A DNA stretch of 64,000 nt from positions 60,204,001 through 60,268,000 of the forward strand of contig NC_087437.1 in NCBI RefSeq assembly GCF_036321535.1, given 5' to 3'. Shown here piece by piece: positions 13,637-24,175 of this stretch. Under the pieces are notes generated by a model. The model was not told where the DNA came from and made no database searches. It worked only from the letters and a program-made list of their open reading frames with translations. This DNA comes from Camelus dromedarius (lineage: Eukaryota). The translations under genes were made by a program, and so were the position numbers. Each line of letters starts with the position of its first letter. The first letter of the stretch is position 1.

Positions 13637-14106
13637 GCCGTGTCGTCAACATCAGCAGCGTAATGGGCCGCATGGCCAACACGGCCCGCTCCCCATACTG
13701 CATCACCAAGTTTGGGGTGGAGGCGTTCTCTGACTGCCTGCGCTATGAGATGCACCCACTGGGAGTGAAGGTCAGCGTGGTGGAACCTGGCAACTTCATC
13801 GCTGCCACCAGCCTCTACAGCCTTGAGCACATCCGGGCCATTGCCAATAAGATGTGGGATGAGCTGCCTGAGGTAGTGCGCAAGGACTACGGCAAGAAGT
13901 ACTTTGATGAGGCAGTTGTGAGGATGCAGACTTACTGCAACAGCGGCTCCACAGACATGTCCCCCGTCATCAAAGCTGTCACCCACTCCCTGACCTCCGC
14001 CACCCCCTACACTCGCTACCACCCCATGGACTACTACTGGTGGGTGCGAATGCAAATCATGACCCACTTGCCTGGAGCGATCTCCGACAGGATCTACATA
14101 CACTGA
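13637..14106 (+). CDS. BDH1: BDH1 terminal coding exon, (G)[38 protein letters not shown]...ISDRIYIH*
   Basis: Catalytic Ser (ISS), YxxxK (YCITK) and VEPG motifs intact. Acceptor cttcctccgcag|GC, TGA at 14104-14106. The three exons total 765 nt = 254 aa + stop, matching the C-terminal 254 aa of a 343-aa BDH1. Confidence 0.98.
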
Positions 14107-15098
14107 GGAATTTCCCACTGGTGTCTGTTGGGGAGCCCTGGGGGGAGGGAAGAGAAAGGAGGGAGGGAGTGAGGGGCTTGTGTCTTCGCCTCTTGATTAC
14201 CCATGTGTGAATTATCCCCGTCTCTGGAGAACCCAATACCAGTTTGAGCATTAACCAGAGCGGGTAGCCCAGCCCAACTTGTGTGCCCAGGGAGTGGCTC
14301 GGACCATCTCAGTCGTGGTGCAGAGTGGTGGACAGGGCCCCAAACCTCAGGGCAAACGTGGTGCATCTTTCTGGAGTTGATTTTATATAAAGATTTTGGG
14401 GAGACATCTTTATATTAGCAACAGATTTATTATGAAATAGAATCCAAATCCTTTACATTTTTAAGCCAAAATATCAGTTCAAAAAAGTTCTTTCATTTGA
14501 TCCTTAAATCAGCCTCAGGAGTAAAAACAGACAGTTTATTTTTCTTTTTGTACATGAAGAATTTTCAGCATGAAGAGGATATGAATTATCCTTTTATTGT
14601 TTATAAATCAATGTTGTTCTTACTGCTTTGTATAAAATCTAAAGGTGCAAGCCATGTGTTCTTGTCAGTGCCATAGAAACACTTCACGCTTTGTGTTCCG
14701 GGGCTGCTCTGGAGCCAGTTACCTGAGGATATTGTGATGAGCTCTGTGTCCTCGCCCGAGCCACACACACCATGTGCCCACCGTGCACATCTTTGCATGT
14801 CCATGGTGCTGCCATGTGCAGCCTGCAGCCAGTGATTCAGAGCTGTGTCGAGGGGGTAGTGACATTCTGGAGATTTCCATTTGAGATTTCTCCATCCTGT
14901 CTTAGGACATACTTGTGTGGAGGTGCTCATTGGCTAAGGGGTGGTTTGCTTCTGGTTTGGGTCTGGTTTGATTTTCCCTGGGGAGGGACCCAGGTTGATG
15001 GGGCTTTCTTGGCAGGACCCATGATACATAGGACAGGCACTATGGCATCTTTTCCCTCAGGGGTGGGTCGAGGTTCCCTGTCTGTCTCACATGGTGCT

Positions 15099-15101
<3 letters not shown>

Positions 15102-15143
<42 letters not shown>

Positions 15144-15145
15144 AC
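15102..15145. repeat. (CA)n microsatellite in probable BDH1 3' UTR
   Basis: About 17 perfect AC units, one interruption, then further AC units. Confidence 0.95.
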
Positions 15146-15424
15146 GTTCCGTGGCGCTCAGGGTGGCCTGCATTGATGGCTCACCTTCCTGCTATGGCCT
15201 TATTTTTAATTAAGCCAGGTCACTGATAAGCAGATTCTGTGTTATCACTTCTTGGGTTTGGGTTTGAAGGCTATTATTCCTGCAATTGCCCAGAGCCTCC
15301 ATGTTTGGACCAAAACTAGGCAACATCCTTCTTCAGGTAGCTGCAGGCCTTTGGACAGAGTCCTGAGTTCCAGCCCTGAGAGTCAAACTAGCACTTCCGC
15401 CTCGCCCTGGAAGGGCCAGGCCTG

Positions 15425-15438
15425 CCGCTAGGGGGAGC
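15425..15438 (+). promoter_or_regulatory. Candidate CTCF core
   Basis: CCGCTAGGGGGAGC matches the CTCF core pattern and retains its CpG. Confidence 0.5.
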
Positions 15439-16289
15439 CCTGCCTCCTTCACAGCAGAGTGGCCTCAGCTCCCACCCAAACCGGCGGTCTCTAAAGGGTT
15501 GATGATCCCCGCCTTGGAAGCAGTCTGGGCACAAAGACACAGAAACAATGTTCCTTTTCTTCTAGTAGCTGCCTGGCTTAAACGTGGAGCCTGGTGCCAA
15601 GAGAAGGCAGAACCTGGGCAGCTGGAACTGGCCACAGGGCTTAGGCAGTGCCAAGGAAAAGGGGAGTCTGACAACGAGCAAGTTCAGCCTGACTTTCGGA
15701 CCGGGGTCCCCTCTGTCGTCAACCAGGGATGCCCTGCCCAGCTCCTTGCCTGCACTGTGAGGCCCAGAGGGCCTGTGTGGATGATGGGGTGGGCAGGCAG
15801 GCTGAAACCCTTCAGAGCCCAGGGTGGGACACTTGATGGCCATGGTCTTCACATAACAATAAGAGCTTTTTGAACCACATTGCTTTTCAGAATTTCATTT
15901 TTCTATCTTGGGAGATTTCATTTCCATACTAATTTTATTAAAGGAAAATGTGTGCAGCACTTGAAGTTGCTCATGTGCAGGGATGCCTGGGAACTGGAGG
16001 GGAAGTGAGATGGTCACTCACTTGTGGGTCAAGATCAGCAGTAAACTGAACACTGAAGAAGCTGCATCTTTGTCTGCTGAGACCTTCAGGGGTAAGTCAG
16101 GACTGCTAGGTTGGCAGATTTTTAATTTTTATCCCAGTGATTGAGAAGCCCAGAGCAACTTAACTCCAGATAATCTCAATGCTAATTAAAACCTCACAGT
16201 TACTATTCACCTTCTAGCAGCTGTGAGCCTCCTTGAGTGCAGGTCTAGTTTTGGTCCTTACAAGAGACAGCTGAGGTGGGCAGGCCAGA

Positions 16290-16420
16290 GGTGGTTGTTC
16301 CCATTTTACAGATGACATAGCTGAGACCCAGAGAGGGAAAGTGACTCACCCAGCAGCATCACAGTGGACCTGAGCAGACCCAGGGCCAGCACGAAAGTCT
16401 CCTGAGCTGTGCTGTTCACC
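16290..16420 (-). mobile_element. MIR SINE
   Basis: cccattttacagatgacatagctgagacccagagagggaaagtgactcaccc. Confidence 0.75.
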
Positions 16421-18009
16421 ACCACTTCACTCTGTGGCCCCAAGAGCCCTGGGAACCAGATGGGTTTGTCAGGGTCACCTGGCACCTAGACCCTCACTGG
16501 CTGTCTGTTGGCAGAGAGCTGATCCTTCTCGAGGGGGTCGGGAAGGCTGCCCCTTGCTCCCACTGTCAGGCCTGCTCACTTCCTGTATTTTAAACAGGGC
16601 CTGGCCCTGCAAAGTTGTGCCAAGTTCTCCGGCTGCAGGTGCAGATGTGAGCAAGCAGAGGCTCCCTCGGCTTGGGTAGCAGCAGGCTCAGGCTGCCAGA
16701 TCGTCACCAGGCTCATCCATGCGGTTCTGGGCCAGCTCAGAGACTGTGCTCCCTGGTTCTCACAGCAGCTTTGGGAGGTGGGCAGGGTGGGGTTATTATC
16801 TCATCTCACACAAGGAAACAGATTATCCCAAGTCTCTCACCAAGTGAGGGATTGAACAGGGCGGCCAAGTCAAATCTAACCTCCAACCTGGAGCTAGTGA
16901 TGCATGAAAAGCAGGGCAGATGGCACCAGGATCTAAAATAAGGAGGGGAAAACAAAATACCTCAGTGATGTAACAGTGAGAAAGATCTGAAGGCATATGC
17001 ACAGTGCAACTACAGAGTGCTGCCCCAGGAGTCATCTCCTCTCCCCATCTCCTCCTTCCCTCCCCGGGGCCCTGGGCATGGCTCCCTGGGAGGGGTTGTG
17101 ACAAAGGAGCCCATCGGCGTCCCTCTAGGAGGAAGTCCGCCTGGCCTGGGCGAACACTGCCCCATCTGGGGCGTTTCTAAGGGCATTCTCTAGGAACACC
17201 AAAACCCAAACCTTGGGCAGAGAGAGACAGATTCTGGAGCTGCTCTCAAAGGGCTTAAGGATTATATAAGCATGAAGCTTGAGAATCCTAGGATAAGGAT
17301 GTTAAGTGAGGAGGGCCGTGGGGCTCTGCTGCAGACCAAACAAGTGAGCAAGCCAACCCGGAGCATCTGAGGCCTTCCTGGTGTGTGTAGGCACTAAGGA
17401 AGGTGGTTTGTGAGGTTTGTGGCTTCAGAGGTGTAGGGTGAGCACCTGCTGGGCAGGAACCAAGGACCAGGGCCTGAGATTAGGGCTGGGAGAGGCTGCC
17501 AGGAACCCCACAACCTTGGAGTAGGAAAAGGGACTCAACCGTCATCAAGTGTGACTCCCAGCCTCCAGGCAGCTGGCCAGGCCTTGGAGCCCTCCAGTAA
17601 CAAGGATCTCCTTACTTCCAAAGACAGCATTTCCTTGGTTAGGGAAAATCTATCCAAAGACAGCTGAAATATACCACCTCTGACATAATGCCGTTGACAC
17701 TTGGCTCTGACCCGGAACTGTACAGAACATGGGACCTTTGGAAACAGCCAAGTCAGATTCAAGAGCCCAGGTTCCTCAATTGATAAGATTTCCATACTCC
17801 TCACTTTCTGAACAGAAGCTTTCAGCTGTGGTTATTCCATCTCTCAGTCTTGATGACACACACCAGGCTGAATGGCCACCTAAGTTCCTTCAAGCAGCAA
17901 GAACTTTGAGACCAGTTTTAACACATTTGGTGAGATGCCGACATGCGTATGTCCCCTCACAACCAAGGGTGCTCCCGAATCATCTCTCATCTGATCCTTA
18001 TAAACAGCT

Positions 18010-18140
18010 TATGAATTAGGAAGGGCTACTACTCCCATTTTACAGATAGGGAAATTGAGCTTCAGGGAGGTGGAGTGATTTGCCCGAGATCACGGAGCCT
18101 GGAAGTGGGTGAGCCAAGACAGAATACCCAGGCCTGGCTT
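18010..18140 (-). mobile_element. MIR SINE
   Basis: cccattttacagatagggaaattgagcttcagggaggtggagtgatttgcccgagatcac. Confidence 0.8.
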
Positions 18141-18959
18141 CTATCCCTAGGGCCCCTTCTTTTACCCTGAGGATGACTTAGTCTCTCCATCAGAGCCCTG
18201 GAGCTGGGTTGGACCATTCAGTCAGAGGCTGGCCATGTAGCCTGTGAAGGAGTGATGGGTGCGGAGCATTAAACTCAACTTTCTCCCAGCCCACAGTTTT
18301 GCAGATAGTGGCAGGGAAAGGGAAGTTGAGCCTTTCATGCATCTCACTGCAGGTGTGTCCGTTGTGTCTGGATCTGCCACTGGCCTGGGCTCTGATGGCC
18401 TGAGGTGAAGAGCGCAGGGCCAGGAAGTATTCCCAGAGCCATGGCTGAGGACCATCCTGACCTCAGCTCCGACGGGCATGCGTTGAAGGAGAGAGAGTAT
18501 GAATGGGGACCCGCTTCAGGAGATGCTGGAGCCCAGAAATGCCTTGTGCTGCTCTCTCAGTGAGACTTAATTACTCTATAAAATGTGAGGCTGCTTCCAC
18601 TTATCAAATTATAGATGAGCTTAATTACAACAGCTCACTGAGTAACCACACTGGGCGGCTTCAGAAATAGCAGTGGGCTGATTGCTCTTCTCAGCTTCAG
18701 CTGTAGCCACCGGGGTTTCAGGAGGAAGTACCCACTGTTCCCAGGGTCTCAGTGCTGCTAAGCTCTGCTCTCAGACTGTGGAGCGGGCTTGACAGACTTC
18801 AGGACTGCGCCTGGCACTCTCGTCTCCCAGCCTCCACCCAGCTGGGCCTGCTCTCAGCCAGCGAGCACTCTGCCGGGCCATCTTCATTCCATTACTGGGT
18901 TGTTTACTCTGCTGGGGCCTCTCTCTTCTACTTATGTTGTGTTCTGGCCAAAGGTTTTG

Positions 18960-19260
18960 GCTCATAATATACAAGGTATACAAAGTAGTATGGGATGTGC
19001 CTTAAGAGACAAGGAAAGAATATGGTGCTGGATGAGAAGACGCACACGTTATAGAGACTCAAGAGCACCTCCAGGGAAATGGGTAACGAGCAGCAGGCCA
19101 CTAGGGATGGGTGAGAGGTGTGACATTATGGAGGGCACCACAGACTTCCCTGCAGTCTGGCAGAACTGACAGACTTCTTCCAATGGAAGAAACTGGCAGA
19201 AGGCATGGTGTGGTTTCTGGAGATTTGACGGGAATGGAGGAGCAACTGCTGAGGATAGAA
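18960..19260 (+). mobile_element. Probable ancient RTE-clade LINE 3' fragment (MamRTE1/L4-like)
   Basis: Translation across frameshifts gives MGCALRDKERIWCWMRRRTRYRD...KW / AAGH*GWVRGVTLWR...SGR..R...EETGR, resembling the C-terminus of RTE ORFs. Confidence 0.45.
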
Positions 19261-21669
19261 CAAGTGCCCTTAGTGTTCCCACATTCAGAGGTGCACTGGG
19301 ACCTCTGTGCTTAATAGCATCTTCCCCATCTCCCTCTGCCCCCTTTGTTAGTTGAGTCTCTCCTCTGCACCAGGTGCTGTACTGGGCACAGGGTGTCCAA
19401 TGGCAGGCAGCCCACTGCCCTTCTAGGGAACTTTAACACAGGGTGACAGATACCATGATTTAGGGAGAAAGTGAAATGCTTTGTTCTACTGGAAATGAAT
19501 AAATACAGTCATTCTCAATCTACACACCACCTAAATTGTCTTCTTCCCTTCATCTCCTCAGCCCCCAGGTCGACGGCAGACGTTAAGGAGCATGAGTGGG
19601 CAGAGGTCTTTCCCTACTTGCGGAGTCCCCTGGCTGTCTCAAAGAAAAAATAAAAAGTGAGCGTCCCTGGAAAGACACTGCTGGGCCATGCCCAGATGCC
19701 CACCAAATAAAGTGGCCAAGCAAACTGTGCTGAGACCACTTGCAGAACGACCAGACAGGGGCTCTGTGCCATGAGGGGCCAGGCACCTGTTCCAGAGGCT
19801 GAAGGTAGAAGCAGAGCAGATGCTCAGGCTGAGCACGGATATGGAGGGGTGGACACCACCTCAAGGAATGTAACCTTGGAGTTTTCAACTTTGGGGGTTG
19901 ACTTTCTGTGAAGTTAAACGTACAACAAAAGAATGCAACAGACACTAGAAAGATACTCTCAGGGAAGCTCTTGTTTTCCTGCAGCAGAAAAAGTAAGAGC
20001 AAATGTTGGGAAGGCAAAGGAAGAGGTATTTTCTGCAGTACAAACCCTTGAAACCGTCCAGGGGATCAACCCATTCATTTGGCTTTGGGGAGGATGATGG
20101 GAGAATGGACCAATTCCTCCCAACTTTGGCTGTATGTATTTGGGCTCTTCCTTTCCCCTCTCAGTCATGTCTTAGCAGGACCAGCTTCCTCTCTGTCTTT
20201 TCTCCTTTGGTATCCAAGCTCTGAGGGTTAAGTGCTGTCTATAATCAGGCTTCAGGGGATCTGCAGTAAGATTTCATACCCAGCCCCTAGGGGTCCCCAG
20301 TCATGAGGGGCAGTTGGGCTGTGCACCAAGCTAGAGGAGCTATCATTTGGGACATCCTATACTGCAGCGGATATCCAACTGTTTGTGGGAGCCCAGGAGA
20401 GGCAGAAGAGAATTTGGATTGGGCAGATTACAGATGCTCCCTAAAAGGAGGTGGGAATTCAGTGGAGACTTGATGAGTGAAGAGGATTTGACAGGAAGAA
20501 GTGGGAGGGAGGGCACTTGGCAAGAGAATCATACTGAAGGGAACAACATGGGACTGGCCCAGCATCTGGGAAGGACAGAATTCTTGAAGAGAAAGTGCAA
20601 TAATTTGCGGAGGCTTGAAGAATCCCAGCCCTTGGGAGTAAAAGGAGGGGGTGTGAGATCTCAGAGGGCAGTGTTCAGACAGCCCGGATCCTCAGAGCCA
20701 TCTGAACCAGATCACTCCAAGCTGGACCTCGAGGTCATCCAGCCTCTTGGTTCCCAAATTACCTGCATGTGCATCTCTTGGGGAACTAGTTAAAAAACAG
20801 AGCCAGTGAGTCTGAGGGAGAGCCCAGGAACCTCATGTCTAAGAAGTGATTCCAAGATACAGTCAGGAGTGGGATAGTGAAAGAAGAGGGGACATCACAC
20901 CCTGAGTTAGTGGCACATCCGTAGCTAAAAGCTGGGTGTTCCGCTCCTAGTCTGTGCTCCTCCACTGCACACATAAGGGGAGAGCCAGGGCATCTGTGAC
21001 TTTGGGTTTCCTGTTCCTTTGTTGCTACTTGCAGGGAAACTCCTGAAGCAGAAAGGGTCTAGGGGCTTGTTTTAGAAGCACCAGGGTAGGGAGATGCTGG
21101 TGGACTTTCCTCCCTTTCCAAAAACCTTTGTGGGATGAAGTAAAGGCTAGTGGGGAGGACAGGTATTCCTTGAGCCCTGGCAGAGGCCTGGTGGCCTGCT
21201 GGAGTGTTGCCATTATCAGGAAAAGAAAGGTGGAAGCTCCCATAGCAGATCTGTCTGTCAATTTTGGCATTTGGATTGTGGCACTAGTTGGTGGCCCAGC
21301 CTCCCCACAGTTTTCAGGTGTACATCCTGCCTGGGCGATTCCATTAAGTTGTGCCAAGCCCACCTGCTTGCTGTGTCACTCTGCCACCCTGAACCCTGTT
21401 TTGCTCAGTGTCCTCTCCTTGGCCAGGAGAGGGCAGTCAGCTGCCTCTCCAGTTTTCTTCTGGCCTTTAGAATTGAGGCCTGTGAAGGATAGGACTTTCT
21501 CTGACCCATGGCAGGAAGCCTGAGTTTCAGGTCCACATCTCTGTTGCAGACAGAGGCACTGGGGATAGCTGAGGAGAAGCAGCATGCTCCCATCCCTGTT
21601 TTTCAGTCCTCAGGGATCTGGCTCCCAGCTACCCAGCTGGCCTGGACAAGCCAGGGGCTTGGGGCAGAG

Positions 21670-21832
21670 CCTGCTACTGGTCTCTGATATCCATTCTCCC
21701 CTTCTATAGGAATATATCCACCCTTGACCACCCATCCAGATTTTATGTGAGAAGAAATAAACTTCTGTCTTTTCTGCATTACCACTAGTTTGGGATTATT
21801 TCTTCGTAGGTAAACTAAATCCTAATTTATGT
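21670..21832 (+). mobile_element. MLT1-type LTR fragment
   Basis: tgtgagaagaaataaacttctgtctt...ccactagtttggg...aactaaatcctaat LTR 3' end. Confidence 0.6.
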
Positions 21833-21904
21833 AGGCCACAGCTAGACAGAAGATGAGGAAGCCATTGCACACACATGGGGGCAGGAAGCCACATTTGATA
21901 ATAA

Positions 21905-22110
21905 CAGTCAAGAGCATTTTTTGAGCACTTCCTACATGCCAGGCTCTGGGTTGAGAACTTTATATGTGTTATCCCATTTGATCCTCCTGATGATACTATG
22001 AGGCAAGATTTATAATCCCAATTTTATAGATGATTAAACTAAGGCTTAAGTTTAAGTACTTGCCCAGTCAGTCAGAAAGTGACAGGATTTAAATCCAGAT
22101 TCTCTTTAAC
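21905..22110 (-). mobile_element. MIR SINE
   Basis: ttgagcacttcctacatgccaggc...cccaattttatagatgattaaactaaggctta. Confidence 0.8.
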
Positions 22111-22364
22111 TGCTAGGCCAAGTCCTGACTGTTCTCAAGCTGCAAGGAGGGACCTTGCCAAGCTGGGCTCAGCTTAGATTGAGAGGAGAGATTCAGGAGG
22201 CTGTGACTGCACTAAAAGTGATCATAAACCAGGCTGAGACGCTGGGCAACCCAAACTGTAGTCCTTATTCTTCAAACAAATTTCTTAGACTTTAAGTATT
22301 TTTGAGGCCTAGTTCCTCCAACTAATGAAAATGTCCCCTCAAGAGCATCCCCAGTATGATCATC

Positions 22365-22704
22365 TGCTATGATCTGAGTGTTTGTTTGACCCCCAAATAC
22401 ATATGCTGGCATCCTAGGCCCCAAAGATGATGGTATTGGAAGGTGGGGACTTTGGAAGGTGCTTAAGTCATCATGGTGGAGTCCTCAGGAATGGGATTAG
22501 TGTCCTTATAAAAGAGGCTCCAGAGGGCTCCTTAGCCCCTTCCACCACGTGAAGACACAGAGAGAGGCACAAGCTATGAACCAGGAAGATGGCCCTCACT
22601 TGACCAAGCTGGCACCTCGATCTTGGACTTCCCAGCGTCCAGAAGTGTGAGAAATAAATTTCTGTTGTCTATGGTATCTTGCTACAGCAGCCCGAGCTAA
22701 GACA
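22365..22704 (+). mobile_element. MLT1A-type solo LTR
   Basis: TG...CA termini, ccttataaaagagg, tgtgagaaataaatttctgttg. 5-bp TSD tcatc/tcttc (1 mismatch). Confidence 0.88.
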
Positions 22705-23764
22705 TCTTCTGTTTAGTGGCTAAAAGGGTTCCAGACTCCTTCTCTTCCACCTCCTCCTCCTCTCCCTGCCTTTCTCTCTTCCTCCTCCTCTCTTCTCCCT
22801 CCTTTTCTCTGCACTCCCCCTCCTCCTCTGCTTCCTGAGGGTCACAGAGGTTGTGCCAGAGAACCTTTATACAGTGTGGCCTCTTCTTTTGGGCCTTTGT
22901 TTAATCTTCGAAGTTTTCTATGGCACATAAACCTCAATGTCTAAGACATAAAGGACTCCATCTAGACAGCCAGGAAAACTTGGTATTACTCCCTGCTCTA
23001 CTACCAAGTTCCCTTGTCACCTGGGCAAGTCCTTTCTCCATTCTGGGCTTCACTCTCCTCATTTTAAAATAGAAGTAATGATAATATAAAGACCTCTAAC
23101 ATGTTTTTTACTGTGACTCAGGCACAACATGTTCTAAGAACACTACATGCTTTAATTTGCTTAATCCTTACAACAACCCTATTAAGGAGGTAGTCCTATA
23201 CTAACTATTCTGGTTTTACAGATGAAGAACTTGAGACAGAGGTTTTTAAGTTGCCCAAGGTCATGCACTATAAAGTAAAAATGGGAGAACAATAGGCTTG
23301 AAAAAGGACCTAGAACTTGTGTTTAGTTACCGTCTCTCCTTTAAATAAGTCTCATGCAGAGTTTCAATGCAGTAAAGATGAAAGAGGGGGCGAGATGGGG
23401 CCTCATCTCTCACCCCTCGGCCTCCAGTGCACTACCCTGGAGGCTGTGCCTCCGATCTAGAACAGCGTGAAAGCCATGAAACTCTAGAGCGCTAGTCTCT
23501 AAGGGCCCCTCCCCTTGGAAATTTCTGAGTCAAGGCCAGGAGTCACTGGGGTTTAGTAGGCATGGCACCCTGCCGTCTGCCAGCTGACACTGGGATTAAG
23601 GGCTTGATCAGAACCTGTCTGCGTGTTCCCCTGCGCGGTGATTAACTGACCTAGAATCGCCTGTTTTCCAGGTGAGTAAAATCTCCCCACTAGGAGAGCT
23701 GGGGTCCGGGGGGCCTTTTGCTTGACCTCAGCTCCTTTCAGAAAGTATCTCTGCTTTAACTAAT

Positions 23765-24135
23765 GGCGACACCCACCCCGTAGAACAGAGGAATGGAGGC
23801 GGCGACGTCCTGCGGTCAGTCCAGGCTGGCGGTGCGCTCCCGCCGCGGTCCCCCGCCCCCCAGCCTCCCCGGCGTCGGTTCAGCAGTTCGGATCCCCAGG
23901 CGACGGGGGCGGCGCTCAGACTCGGCCGGAGCAGGAGGCGGGGCGGCCGGGTGGCCCCGCCGCGCTGGCCCCTGGCGCCCTGCCGCTCATCTGGGCTCCT
24001 CTTGCGTCATTCAGATCCCGCCCCTTCCCTGCCTCCTGGCCGGGCAGCTGGGGTCTATTCGGCCCTTCTCTGCTGTGTGAACCCCCTGCCCCAGCTCCAT
24101 ACGAGCGACCTGAGACCTCGGTCTAGTCTTCGTAA
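23765..24135. promoter_or_regulatory. Orphan CpG-island-like region
   Basis: Dense CpG and high GC, GC box CCCCGCCCC at 23851-23859, TGCGTCA at 24003-24009. No recognisable coding exon. Confidence 0.75.
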
Positions 24136-24175
24136 ACTTTTTTTTTTTTTTTTTTTTTTGAGTCTTCGTAAACTT
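24125..24175 (-). mobile_element. Tail-only retroposed insertion: 21-bp poly(T)+G between perfect 15-bp direct repeats
   Basis: agtcttcgtaaactt (24125-24139), T20G (24140-24160), agtcttcgtaaactt (24161-24175). Confidence 0.75.

Larger units (their letters stand above)
14107..15965 (+). other. BDH1: Probable BDH1 3' UTR with candidate ATTAAA polyadenylation signal at 15937-15942
   Basis: Follows the stop codon. No AATAAA seen before ATTAAA at 15937; a second ATTAAA lies near 16185. The 3' end is inferred. Confidence 0.5.

Noticed and set aside
13621..14118. 165-aa minus-strand ORF overlapping the last BDH1 exon
   Set aside because: Antisense shadow of a GC3-rich coding exon; no independent gene signals.
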